Positions 1 through 8,937 of a DNA stretch of 32,000 nt are shown in pieces (position 1 is the stretch's first letter; every line of letters starts with the position of its first letter). This stretch comes from Bacillus subtilis subsp. subtilis str. 168. GTDB taxonomy: Bacteria; Bacillota; Bacilli; Bacillales; Bacillaceae. Both the position numbers and the translations under genes were made by a program. The notes beneath the pieces are model-generated. The model was not told where the DNA came from. It worked only from the letters and a program-made list of their open reading frames with translations, and searched no databases. Where the stretch lies: contig NC_000964.3 in NCBI RefSeq assembly GCF_000009045.1, positions 3,000,001 to 3,032,000 of the forward strand, written 5' to 3'.

Positions 1-967
1 GCGGCGGTCCGGAATGCCACTTCACATTTGCCTTTAACGAGAAAGCGGCAGAAATCTGCTCTGTGACTGCAAAAAAACGCTGTTTCACTTGATTACGAAC
101 CTCTGAATCAAATGTACGAACAGTGCCCTCAATGACCACTGTATCCGGAATGACATTCCAAGTGCTGCCGCCGTTGATTTTCCCTACGGTTAAAATCGCG
201 CTTTGCAGCGGGTTTACATTTCTGCTTACAATCGTTTGCAGGGCGACAATAAGCTGAGAGGCGCCGATAATTGGATCAAAACCATTATGCGGCAATGCTG
301 CATGAGCACCTTTCCCTTCTATCTCTACTTTAAATCGGTCAACAGCAGCCATAAGCGGGCCTGTTTTTAACCCTACAGTCCCAACCGCGATATCCGGTTT
401 ATTGTGAAGGCCAATAACCGCATCAATGCCATCCAGTTGGCCGTCCTCTATCACTTTTGTAGCGCCTGCACCCGCTTCCTCTGCTGGCTGAAATAATAAA
501 CGAATCTTTCCTTTCAGACTGTCTTGATTTTCCTTCAATAAAAAGGCCGCACCAAGAAGCGCTGCCGTATGAAAATCATGACCGCACGCATGCATGATCC
601 CTTTATGTTTAGACGCATAAGGCAATCCTGTTTTTTCTTCAATTGGCAAGGCGTCAATATCAGCCCTCAAAGCAATCGCCGGACCTTCTGACTCCCCTGC
701 TATGTCTGCGAACACACCCGTTTTTAGAGCAGTAGGGCGAATCTGTATCCCCTTTTCTTTAAGGCATTTTTTTATAAAAGCAGTTGTTTCAAATTCTTCT
801 TTTGACAGTTCAGGATATTGGTGCAGGTGCCGGCGAATGCCGATGAGCTGCTTTTCTAGCGTTGAGAGATTTACGGGATTAGACTCCTCTTTCAACGTCA
901 GGATGTCATTTCCTGTAGTCTGATATGGATAGGAGCCTTCTATATTTCTCCAATAATCCAAAGACAT
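1..967 (-). CDS. hipO: M20-family aminoacylase/amidohydrolase (HipO/YtnL, also called SndA). Only the N-terminal part is present; the 3' end runs off the window.
   Basis: The minus strand has an ATG at 967-965 preceded by AAAGGAG, and the frame stays open to position 1. The translation begins MSLDYWRNIEGSYPYQ and contains the metal-binding motif HACGHD typical of the M20 peptidase/aminoacylase family. The gene sits last in the co-directional ytmI operon. The ORF track omits it because it is open at the window edge. Confidence 0.85.
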   Translation of the reverse strand, partial: MSLDYWRNIEGSYPYQTTGNDILTLKEESNPVNLSTLEKQLIGIRRHLHQYPELSKEEFETTAFIKKCLKEKGIQIRPTALKTGVFADIAGESEGPAIALRADIDALPIEEKTGLPYASKHKGIMHACGHDFHTAALLGAAFLLKENQDSLKGKIRLLFQPAEEAGAGATKVIEDGQLDGIDAVIGLHNKPDIAVGTVGLKTGPLMAAVDRFKVEIEGKGAHAALPHNGFDPIIGASQLIVALQTIVSRNVNPLQSAILTVGKINGGSTWNVIPDTVVIEGTVRTFDSEVRNQVKQRFFAVTEQISAAFSLKANVKWHSGPP

Positions 968-984
968 ATGTTCCGCTCCTTTCC

Positions 985-1677
985 CTATCCCAATATATTT
1001 TCTTCAGACTCTTCAACATAAGATGAAATAAATCGGTTCAATTTATCAGCAAGACCGCCCGCCCCAAATCTTATATACTTGCTGGAAACTTTCGGATTAT
1101 CTTCTTTCAAAAAGCTTAAAAAAGATAAAATATAAATGCGCCTGTAAGCTACTTGTGTAATTCCGTACTCAAAAAACCAGTTATCAATGACATTGTATAC
1201 GCCTCGGTTGACGCCATATAGGTTATTACATTTCTTGTAAAAGCAGAGATCCGGAAGATTTAACTCCTGATGGGAAAGAAGGCTTTCTTTTTTGTTTGGT
1301 GCCATAATCCCAATCAGCTCAAAGCGTTTTGCAACGCACGAAATATCCTTTTTAATTTGCTTTGTTAAAGACTCCAAAGAATCAAACCTTCTTTCTTCTC
1401 TAATTTTAAAGAGAATGCTGCATTCGATTTTTTCTCCATAAATGTCTCTATGAAAGTCAAACAAAAAAATCTCCAATGTCTTTTCAAGGTTAGAGCCCAC
1501 CGTCGGTTTCACACCGATATTCATAACCCCTAAATGAAATTGATGATTGACTGTCGCCAGAACCCCATAAACTCCATTACGCAGCCCATGTATTTTTGCA
1601 TCTACATTTGCCGTGGGGAATCCAAGCTTTCTGCCTAATTGTTTTCCTTTCACAACCGTACCGGCAATGATCGTCAA
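985..1677 (-). CDS. ribR: RibR: monofunctional riboflavin kinase domain fused to a C-terminal RNA-binding (FMN riboswitch-binding) domain
   Basis: 230-aa ORF with a TTG start at 1677 and GAGGAGG 9 nt upstream. The N-terminal half carries the flavokinase motif GRKLGFPTANV. The C-terminal ~100 aa do not look like a kinase. Length and sequence match my recall of B. subtilis RibR. Confidence 0.9.
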   Translation of the reverse strand: MTIIAGTVVKGKQLGRKLGFPTANVDAKIHGLRNGVYGVLATVNHQFHLGVMNIGVKPTVGSNLEKTLEIFLFDFHRDIYGEKIECSILFKIREERRFDSLESLTKQIKKDISCVAKRFELIGIMAPNKKESLLSHQELNLPDLCFYKKCNNLYGVNRGVYNVIDNWFFEYGITQVAYRRIYILSFLSFLKEDNPKVSSKYIRFGAGGLADKLNRFISSYVEESEENILG

Positions 1678-1723
1678 AAAAGTCAGCCTCCTCTCTCAGC
1701 TTCCGCATTCGATCAGACGAAAC

Positions 1724-3052
1724 CTAATGATGTGATGAATGTAAAACGGATTGATGCTGCGGAATGCCAAGACCGAGATTTTCCCGCAATGTCCCGCCGC
1801 GATAATCTTGACGATAAAGCCCTCTTTCTTGAAGAATCGGAATCACCTTTTCTACAAAAGCATCAAGTGTTCCCGGTATATCCGACCCAACGATAAACCC
1901 ATCCGCCGCCTCAGCGTTGAACCAAGTTTCAATTAAGGATGCGACACGCTCTGGTGTTCCGATGAATAGAGTCCGTGGAAAAGCCATTTCCTGTGCTACC
2001 TCCCGCAATGTCAGATTTCTGGCTTTTGCTTCTCTCTTAATCCGGTCTGTTGTGCTTTGAAACGCATTCTTTCCCACATCGCCAATATCGGGAAATGGCT
2101 CATCCAACGGGTAAACACTCAGATCATAATCATCAAAAAAACGGGCCAAATAAGTAACAGCATTTTCAATCGGTATCAATTCTGCAAATTCACGATACTT
2201 CTTTTCCGCCTCTTCTTCCGTATCTGCCACAATCGGGCTGATCCCTGGAAAAATCCGCACACTTGAAGGATCACGCCCTTCATCAGCAGCTCGGCTTTTC
2301 ACATCCGCATAAAACGCTTTTGTCTCTTCTAATGAATTGGAATGGGTAAAAATCGCATCCGCATTTTTAGCAGCAAACTGCCGGCCTGTTTCTGATGAAC
2401 CCGCTTGAAACACTACAGGCTCTCCCTGCTTAGAGCGCCCGATATTCAAGGGCCCCTCTACTTGAAAATACTTTCCTTTATGATTCAGGCGATGAAGCTT
2501 CGCCTGATCGAAAAACTGCCCTGTTTTCTTATTGTGTATAAATGCGTCATGCTCCCAGGAATTCCACAGCCCGCGCACAACATCCAAATGCTCTTGTGCG
2601 ATCTCGTAACGTTCAGTGTGTTCTGGCAAATTAGACTTACTATGGTTGCGCGCCGCTCCTTCCTGCGGCGAAGTAACCAGATTCCAGCCGGCCCTGCCCC
2701 CGCTGATATGGTCCAGCGACATCAATTGTCTGGAGATAGTGAATGGCTCAGTAAAAGATGTAGAGAACGTCCCTACTAAACCAATATTTTTGGTAACCGA
2801 TGCCAGCGCAGATAAAATGGTGATCGGTTCAAAACGGTTTAAAAAATGAGGAATCGATTTTTCAGAAATAAATAAGCCGTCTGCAATGAAAATAAAACTA
2901 AACAAACCTTTTTCAGCTGTTTGCGCCTTTTTCATGTAAAATTCAATATTCGTGCTGGCCGAGGGATCAACATCGGGATGACGCCAGCCGTCAGTTGTTC
3001 CCCCGACACCGTGAATCATGGCTCCAAACTGAATAAAATCTGCACGTGTCAT
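1724..3052 (-). CDS. ytnJ: FMNH2-dependent luciferase-like monooxygenase of the NtaA/SnaA/DszA family (YtnJ, also called CmoJ)
   Basis: 442-aa ORF. Its ATG at 3052 overlaps the ytnI stop in an ATGA (3049-3052). The sequence is typical of nitrilotriacetate-monooxygenase-like flavin enzymes. Confidence 0.9.
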   Translation of the reverse strand: MTRADFIQFGAMIHGVGGTTDGWRHPDVDPSASTNIEFYMKKAQTAEKGLFSFIFIADGLFISEKSIPHFLNRFEPITILSALASVTKNIGLVGTFSTSFTEPFTISRQLMSLDHISGGRAGWNLVTSPQEGAARNHSKSNLPEHTERYEIAQEHLDVVRGLWNSWEHDAFIHNKKTGQFFDQAKLHRLNHKGKYFQVEGPLNIGRSKQGEPVVFQAGSSETGRQFAAKNADAIFTHSNSLEETKAFYADVKSRAADEGRDPSSVRIFPGISPIVADTEEEAEKKYREFAELIPIENAVTYLARFFDDYDLSVYPLDEPFPDIGDVGKNAFQSTTDRIKREAKARNLTLREVAQEMAFPRTLFIGTPERVASLIETWFNAEAADGFIVGSDIPGTLDAFVEKVIPILQERGLYRQDYRGGTLRENLGLGIPQHQSVLHSSHH

Positions 3053-3330
3053 CTTTTTGCCTCCTTTATCTGTGCATGATTAGCAAGTGCAAGATCAAGG
3101 TGTTCAATGCCGATTTCAGTTATCCCTTGATACTGATTGCCGCGCCCGATTTCGACCACAGGCACATGGCGCACCCCATATTTCACCTGTAAAATATCCC
3201 GAAGCTTTTCTTTCTCTGAAACATCGATATTTTGGAACGGGAACCCTTTTTCATTCAAATAATTCTTGACTTCCTCACAATACGAACAGCCTTTTTTACT
3301 CCAAACCACAATGTTCACAACATCACTCAT
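3049..3330 (-). CDS. ytnI: Glutaredoxin-like small redox protein (YtnI, also called CmoI)
   Basis: 93-aa ORF with a CSYC (CxxC) motif near the N-terminus in a thioredoxin-fold context. AAGGAGGG lies upstream of the ATG at 3330. Confidence 0.88.
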   Translation of the reverse strand: MSDVVNIVVWSKKGCSYCEEVKNYLNEKGFPFQNIDVSEKEKLRDILQVKYGVRHVPVVEIGRGNQYQGITEIGIEHLDLALANHAQIKEAKR

Positions 3331-3344
3331 TCTTCTGTCCCTCC

Positions 3345-4349
3345 TTAACGTTTTGCAGCTAAAACTGCATCGCTCAGCAGCTGATAAGACAGCTGTTTTT
3401 CTACAGCATTTTTGATCGGTGTAAAAATAACAAAATCATTGATTTTGTATGTGCCTGATAAACGTGTTAATTCTTCTGCCACTTCTTCCTTTGTTCCGGC
3501 AATAATCCCGGTTTTTTGCACGATGATGTCATAGGGCTCTGTGACGTTTTCCAGATAGGCCTCAGCCTGTTCGCGGGAACCGACGTTGACCTTACGCCCG
3601 TCTTTCAAAACCACTTTTATCGATTCACGCGACACAATATGTTTTTCCGCTTCTTCTTTTGTATGTGCCGCAAAAACAGCGGGGGCAAGATGAAATTCAG
3701 CCTCAGATCCTGGCGGGAGATGCGCGTCAAATGCTCGGCGGGCTTCCTTCAGCACTTCCTCTTCACCGTTAATAAAGTAAGCAAAGACAAAAGAGATTCC
3801 CAGTTTTGCAGCAGAAATGGCACTCTCTGTGCTTCCTCCCAATAGAAAAATACCCGGCTTCCGATCAACCTGCGGCCTAGGACGCAATGCGGCATAGCGG
3901 TGGGTATCAGGAAAATCATCCCGAACGAAATGAGTAAGCTCCTCCAGTTTTTCATCAAACTGACGCACCGGTTTTTTATATTCGGCCTGCAGCGCGTCTG
4001 TGGACAGCTGAAACCCGCCGGGCGCTTTGCCCACTCCAAGATCTATACGGCCGGGAGCTAACGCTGATAGAAGATGGAATTGCTCCGCTACTTTATAAGA
4101 GCTGTAATGCTGCAGCATCACTCCGCCTGATGCTAAACGAATTTTTCTTGTGCTTGCAGCAAGATAGCCTAAAAGAACCTCGGGTGCAGACCCTGCAATC
4201 TCATCATTGTTGTGATGTTCGGCCACCCAAAATCGGTGATATCCACATTCTTCAGCCATTTGTGCCAATTTCACTGTATGCTGTAATGTATCAGCTGCTG
4301 TCTCCCCTTCACCAATCAAGCTTTGGTCTAAAATACTTAAGCGGATCAT
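3345..4349 (-). CDS. ytmO: Luciferase-like flavin-dependent monooxygenase (YtmO, also called CmoO)
   Basis: 334-aa ORF. Its ATG at 4349 overlaps the tcyN stop (ATGA, 4346-4349). It resembles the LLM family (WVAEHH motif region). Confidence 0.88.
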   Translation of the reverse strand: MIRLSILDQSLIGEGETAADTLQHTVKLAQMAEECGYHRFWVAEHHNNDEIAGSAPEVLLGYLAASTRKIRLASGGVMLQHYSSYKVAEQFHLLSALAPGRIDLGVGKAPGGFQLSTDALQAEYKKPVRQFDEKLEELTHFVRDDFPDTHRYAALRPRPQVDRKPGIFLLGGSTESAISAAKLGISFVFAYFINGEEEVLKEARRAFDAHLPPGSEAEFHLAPAVFAAHTKEEAEKHIVSRESIKVVLKDGRKVNVGSREQAEAYLENVTEPYDIIVQKTGIIAGTKEEVAEELTRLSGTYKINDFVIFTPIKNAVEKQLSYQLLSDAVLAAKR

Positions 4350-5125
4350 ATCACCGGCTCCTTTATGTGTTCTTTTGGTTCAAATAAATATTCCGGCGAA
4401 ACACGGCGGAGAAACTGCCTCGTTCTGTCTTTTTTGGTATGGCGGAAGACTTCCTCCGGGGTTCCTTGTTCAACAATGACTCCTTCATCCATAAAAACAA
4501 CTTGATCAGAGACCCTTCTTGCAAACTCCATTTCATGTGTAACAACAATCATGGTGGCTCCGGTTTTCACGATTTCCAGCATTACCTCAAGCACTTCACC
4601 GACCAGCTCCGGGTCAAGCGCTGCCGTCGGCTCATCGAACAGCAGCACATCAGGATGAATGGCAAGCGCCCTTGCTATCCCTACCCTCTGCTTTTGTCCT
4701 CCCGATAACTGACTCGGATAAGCGTTCAATTTATCTTGAAGCCCGACCTTTCTCAGTTCATTTTCCGCTACGGCATACGCGTCTTGTTTTCTCATTTTCC
4801 GGGCAATCGTCAAGCCCTCCATGACATTTTCAATCACCGTTTTGTGAGCAAACAGGTGGTATTGCTGAAATACCATTGCCGTCTGTTTTCTGAGCCAGTG
4901 AACCTCTTTTTTGGACGGAAAGCGGCAATTAATCACTTTGTCATGTATAGAAATGATCCCTTCGTCTGGACGTTCTAATAAATTCAGGCACCGTAAAAAG
5001 GTGGTTTTCCCTGATCCGCTCGGCCCGATAATCGTCACAACTTCTCCCTTGCGTACCGTGAGATTTATCCCTTTTAATACATGGTGGATGCCAAACTGTT
5101 TATGGATATTTTTAATCTCAATCAT
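4346..5125 (-). CDS. tcyN: ABC transporter ATP-binding protein of the L-cystine / S-alkylcysteine uptake system
   Basis: Walker [13 protein letters not shown] signature LSGGQKQR and Walker B LLFDEPT are all present. I chose the start at 5125 (MIEIKNIHK, 259 aa) because AAGGAGG precedes it and it forms an ATGA overlap with the tcyM stop. The 285-aa track ORF would overlap tcyM by 80 nt. Confidence 0.92.
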
Positions 5126-5829
5126 AAAGTGCCTCCTTGAAATCTGGCTGCCTTTCTCTCTAATACTCCATTTGCGGATTCTAGGATTAGAGTCAGCACC
5201 CAATAGATAATCGCTGCTCCGATAAACGCTTCTAAAAATGCATAATTATCAGAAGCAACGATAGTCGCCGTCCCTGTAATCTCTGGGACAGCCACTATAG
5301 CCGCGATAGAGGTGGTATGCAAAAAGCCGATACCCAAATTTGTGAAGTTTGGGATGGAAACCTTCAGCGCCTGCGGCAATATTACACGCCGAAAGGTTTG
5401 GCTGTATGTCAAGCCGATTGAATAAGCCGCTTCGACCTGTCCGGTATCCATCGCCAGAATGCCCGACCGGATGATTTCTGTGAGATAAGCTCCGGCAGTT
5501 AAAGACAAGGCCATGATGACAAACATGGAGACCGGTATCTCATTAGCGGACCAGCCGAGATGAAAAAAACTGCTGACTTGATCTGCAACAGGCGGTATCC
5601 CTAAATAAATCAACATAATGTGAAGAATTGCAGGTGTACTTCGAAAGAAAGACACATAAAACCTTGAGCAAGCCACCAAGCCCTTAATTCTAAAAATTCT
5701 AACAATTATATTTCCAAGAGCCACGAGAAATCCAAACACAATCGGCAAAACAGCCATCATCAATGTCAGAGGAATGGTCTTTACCATTTCTTTCATGGCG
5801 GAAACGATAAATGGAAAGTCAAATTGCAA
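5122..5829 (-). CDS. tcyM: ABC transporter permease (polar amino acid family)
   Basis: 235-aa multi-pass membrane ORF with the EAA loop [25 protein letters not shown] start at 5829 after GAGGGGGGAG. Confidence 0.9.
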
Positions 5830-5858
5830 TCTTCTCCCCCCTCATCCGAAGAAATATA

Positions 5859-6578
5859 TCAATGTATGTTCATGTCAAAAACAGTAACAATCCTTGTTTG
5901 ATTCTTCTTGATTCGTTTTTCTGCCACTCGAAAGAACCATTCGAATAAAACCGCTACAGCATAATAAACAATCGATAGCGCAATGTAAACTTCAAGAGAA
6001 TGGTTGCTTGAGGTAATCAGTGTTTGGCCCCTTCCGGACATATCCATAACACCTATTGAAAAGGCTAGAGACGTATCTTTTAAAGAACTGATCACCATGT
6101 TTCCCATATTCGGAAACGCCTGGACAAGTGCCTGGGGCAGAACGATTCGCCTGAAGGCCTGACTACCGCTTAAGCCAATACTGTACGCCGCTTCCGTTTG
6201 GCCTTTATCTACACTGCCCACCCCCGCTCGAATGATTTCTGCGGCTGCCGCTGCATTGCTTAACGCGTAGGTTGCGACAGCAGCATAAAACGGGTCCATT
6301 TTTGATGTATCAATCCCGATAAGCCCCGTAAGCGCCGGGATCCCGTAAAACACGATGAAAAGCTGCACCATGATAGGCGTTCCCCTGAAAAACGAGATAT
6401 ACACTTTTGCCAATTGATTTACAATTGGAATATTATAGATGCGGGGCAGTGCCAGAAAGAGTCCTAATACAAAACCGAAAAGCAAGGACAGTGTTAAAAT
6501 GTATAATGTAACCGGTAAATAAGCGGTTAACGTCGGCACAAAATCTCCAATCATGTTCATATCAAACGCTTTTTCCAT
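5859..6578 (-). CDS. tcyL: ABC transporter permease (polar amino acid family), paralogue of tcyM
   Basis: EAA loop [22 protein letters not shown]. The ATG at 6578 lies 5 nt after GAGGGAG and gives 239 aa. The track's GTG at 6581 sits too close to the SD. Confidence 0.9.
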   Translation of the reverse strand: MEKAFDMNMIGDFVPTLTAYLPVTLYILTLSLLFGFVLGLFLALPRIYNIPIVNQLAKVYISFFRGTPIMVQLFIVFYGIPALTGLIGIDTSKMDPFYAAVATYALSNAAAAAEIIRAGVGSVDKGQTEAAYSIGLSGSQAFRRIVLPQALVQAFPNMGNMVISSLKDTSLAFSIGVMDMSGRGQTLITSSNHSLEVYIALSIVYYAVAVLFEWFFRVAEKRIKKNQTRIVTVFDMNIH

Positions 6579-6599
6579 CACTGCTCCCTCTCTTTTTAC

Positions 6600-7412
6600 C
6601 TAATACTGCTCTTTGGAATAGTCGTCACCAAGCCATTTCAAACTGAGCCTTTTCAACGTTCCGTCATCAATGATTTCCTGTAAGGCTTTATCAATATCGT
6701 CACTTAACGTTTGTTCATTTTTGTTAAACATAAAATACACTTTGGCATTTGAAAGCACATTACCGACGGTTTTTTCTTTAATAGTGCTCGTCTTGTTTTG
6801 AAAGTCTACTGCAAAAGGCGTTGAGATCGTTGCGTCCGCACGCCCCGATTTCAGCTGATTCGCAGTCTCATTTGCGCCTTGGCCCTCATAGGCAATCTCA
6901 AACGGCCGTCCATTATCCTCATTCCATTTTTTCAGTACAAGCGCTCCGTTGGAGGTTGCACTCGTAATCACCCGTTTTCCTTTTAAGTCTTCAATTCCAC
7001 GGATCGTATCGTTATTTTGAAGCACAGTAATTTTTAAAGGAAAATGGTTGTAAGCAACCTTGTTAAACAGAAATTTTTTCTCACGCTCTTTGCTTTTCTC
7101 CATTTGATGTGCCACGATATCGACTTTATGCTGTCCGAGGCTGACAAGCAGGTTGGAAAATTCCATCGTTTTAAATGTGAATTTATAATGTGGCAGGCGC
7201 TTATCAAGCTCTTTGATCAGTTCGACATCATAACCGGTTAAATCGCCTTTTTCATCGATAAAGCAAATATTCGGAAATTGGGTTCCAGTTCCGACCGTGA
7301 TCGTCTGTACCTTCTTTTGCCCGGCTCCCGTCGTTTGACTGCCTGCACCGCAAGCTGACAGAACTGTTATAAGCGAAAATAATATTGCCATGAATGCTGT
7401 TTTCGTTTTCAT
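6600..7412 (-). CDS. tcyK: Lipoprotein solute-binding protein of the cystine/S-alkylcysteine ABC system
   Basis: I chose the start at 7412 (MKTKTAFMAILFSLITVLSAC, 270 aa). There is a signal peptide with lipobox LSAC, and the body is a family-3 periplasmic-binding-protein fold. By eye it is a close paralogue of tcyJ. Confidence 0.9.
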   Translation of the reverse strand: MKTKTAFMAILFSLITVLSACGAGSQTTGAGQKKVQTITVGTGTQFPNICFIDEKGDLTGYDVELIKELDKRLPHYKFTFKTMEFSNLLVSLGQHKVDIVAHQMEKSKEREKKFLFNKVAYNHFPLKITVLQNNDTIRGIEDLKGKRVITSATSNGALVLKKWNEDNGRPFEIAYEGQGANETANQLKSGRADATISTPFAVDFQNKTSTIKEKTVGNVLSNAKVYFMFNKNEQTLSDDIDKALQEIIDDGTLKRLSLKWLGDDYSKEQY

Positions 7413-7425
7413 CTCATCGCCCCAT

Positions 7426-8235
7426 TTATTTTTCAAAACTTGATTTTGAATAATCTGCCCCGAGCCATTTTCGGCTTAGTTTTTTTAGCGTTCCGTTTTT
7501 CTCCAGCTTTTTAATCGCTTGATCCGTGTCATCCGCCAAGGTTTGGCTGCCTTTATTAAACATAAAGTACACCTCGGTATCTAATAACACGTCACCGACT
7601 GTCTTTTGGCGGAAGGCGTGCGTTTTATTCTGAAAATCGACGGCAAACGGTGTAGCTATCGTTGCATCTGCGCGCCCGGTTTCAATTTGATTGGCGGTAT
7701 CATTGCTTCCCTGTCCCGCATATTTCAAATGAATTGGGCTGCCGTGCGTTTTGTTGTACTTTGTAATATAATCTGCCGCATTTGACGTGGCGCCAACTAT
7801 GACTGTTTTTCCGTGTAAGTCTTTTAATGTATGAATCTTGTGATTATCCTCTTTCACCGTGATGTACATCGGCGAGTAGTTATATGGGACTTTATGATAC
7901 AAAAAACGCTTTTCTCGTTCTTTATTTTTGGCCATATTGTGCGCAATCACATCAATTTTTTTATTTCCGAGACTCGTCAGCAAATTTGAGAAATCCATCG
8001 TTTTAAATTCAAATGTATATTGAGGCAACTCCTTATCGATGGCTTTCATCACTTCAATGTCATACCCGGTCAATTCACCTTTTTCATTTAAAAACGCAAT
8101 ATTCGGAAAATCTGTTCCAGTGCCGACTATGACCGTTTGAGCCTGACGATCTGTTTTGTTATTTGTTTGCGAACATCCCCCGCCAAGTAATGCAAACACT
8201 GACAGCAGCAAAACCAATCCTTTACGCTTATTCAT
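7426..8235 (-). CDS. tcyJ: Lipoprotein solute-binding protein of the cystine/S-alkylcysteine ABC system
   Basis: I chose the start at 8235 (MNKRKGLVLLLSVFALLGGGC, 269 aa) after GAGG. A lipobox-type Cys follows the signal peptide. The protein aligns with TcyK along its whole length. Confidence 0.9.
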   Translation of the reverse strand: MNKRKGLVLLLSVFALLGGGCSQTNNKTDRQAQTVIVGTGTDFPNIAFLNEKGELTGYDIEVMKAIDKELPQYTFEFKTMDFSNLLTSLGNKKIDVIAHNMAKNKEREKRFLYHKVPYNYSPMYITVKEDNHKIHTLKDLHGKTVIVGATSNAADYITKYNKTHGSPIHLKYAGQGSNDTANQIETGRADATIATPFAVDFQNKTHAFRQKTVGDVLLDTEVYFMFNKGSQTLADDTDQAIKKLEKNGTLKKLSRKWLGADYSKSSFEK

Positions 8236-8248
8236 AGGCTGCCTCACA

Positions 8249-8785
8249 TCATGCCCAGCTGGGCGCACCTAAAAGCGTTGGGTTAAATCGTTCCGGAATC
8301 AGAACCTTGTGCATCATCACACCTATGTCCCCGTCTTTTTCCTGCTCAAAATACACTTCATACCCTCTCCTTCTGTACATGTCAGCAAGCCAAGGATGCT
8401 TGCGCGCCGATGTGCCGAGTGTCAGCGCAGGAGCCTTCAGCATATCTCGAAGCACTTTTTCTTCAACATACGTAAGCAGCTTACTTCCGGCGCCTTGCCC
8501 TTTATATTCCGGCAGTGTCGCAAACCACCACACAAATGGATATTTTGAAGGAGGCGTCTCACTCTCCCACGGGAACCTGATTGTAATCGTTGAAATCAGC
8601 TTCCCATCCCGCTCCAGCACAATCGCTGAATGATGTTCAATATTTTCTGATACCATTTGGATATCAGCTCTCGTGGATGGCCAATCAATATCCAGCTGCC
8701 GAATGGGCTGAAATGCGCTGTTAACCAGTTTCAACAGCTCCGATGCATCTTCAACAGTTGCCAGTCGAAAAATATCATCACTCAT
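8249..8785 (-). CDS. ytmI: GNAT-family N-acetyltransferase, first gene of the sulfur-limitation operon (YtmI, also called SnaA)
   Basis: Acetyl-CoA-binding motif KGQGAGSKLL. The ATG at 8785 lies 8 nt after GAGGAG and gives 178 aa. The track's GTG at 8794 falls inside the SD. Confidence 0.88.
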   Translation of the reverse strand: MSDDIFRLATVEDASELLKLVNSAFQPIRQLDIDWPSTRADIQMVSENIEHHSAIVLERDGKLISTITIRFPWESETPPSKYPFVWWFATLPEYKGQGAGSKLLTYVEEKVLRDMLKAPALTLGTSARKHPWLADMYRRRGYEVYFEQEKDGDIGVMMHKVLIPERFNPTLLGAPSWA

Positions 8786-8822
8786 TTTTGTCACTCCTCT
8801 TCACAAAATATATAATTCCTAT

Positions 8823-8851
8823 TTGTTTACTAAGCTTTTATTGTTTATACT
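8823..8851 (+). promoter_or_regulatory. Candidate sigma-A promoter of ytlI
   Basis: TTGTTT (8823-8828), a 17-nt spacer, then TATACT (8846-8851), 87 nt upstream of the ytlI TTG start. Identified by pattern only. Confidence 0.35.
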
Positions 8852-8937
8852 ATAAAGCATACTCTGATCTTTGACTAATCAAAAAAAGTAAACCTTCACT
8901 TCAGTAATTTTAATGATGAAAAACAGGAGGGAGCACA

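Noticed and set aside
702-923. 73-aa plus-strand ORF near the window start, and the plus-strand ORFs at 1639-1896, 1751-1936 and 2057-2849
   Set aside because: All are antisense to hipO, ribR or ytnJ, whose minus-strand frames carry clear family motifs. None has a ribosome-binding site.
5126-5203. 26-codon extension of tcyN overlapping tcyM, and similar long-ORF extensions for tcyK, tcyJ, ytmI, ytkL, ytkK, moaB, tpx, ytfJ, ytfI, ppnKB, ytcI, sspA, nifZ and braB
   Set aside because: In each case an internal start has a well-spaced SD and gives a sensible N-terminus, such as a signal peptide or a conserved motif. The extension has no SD and usually overlaps the upstream gene, promoter or terminator.
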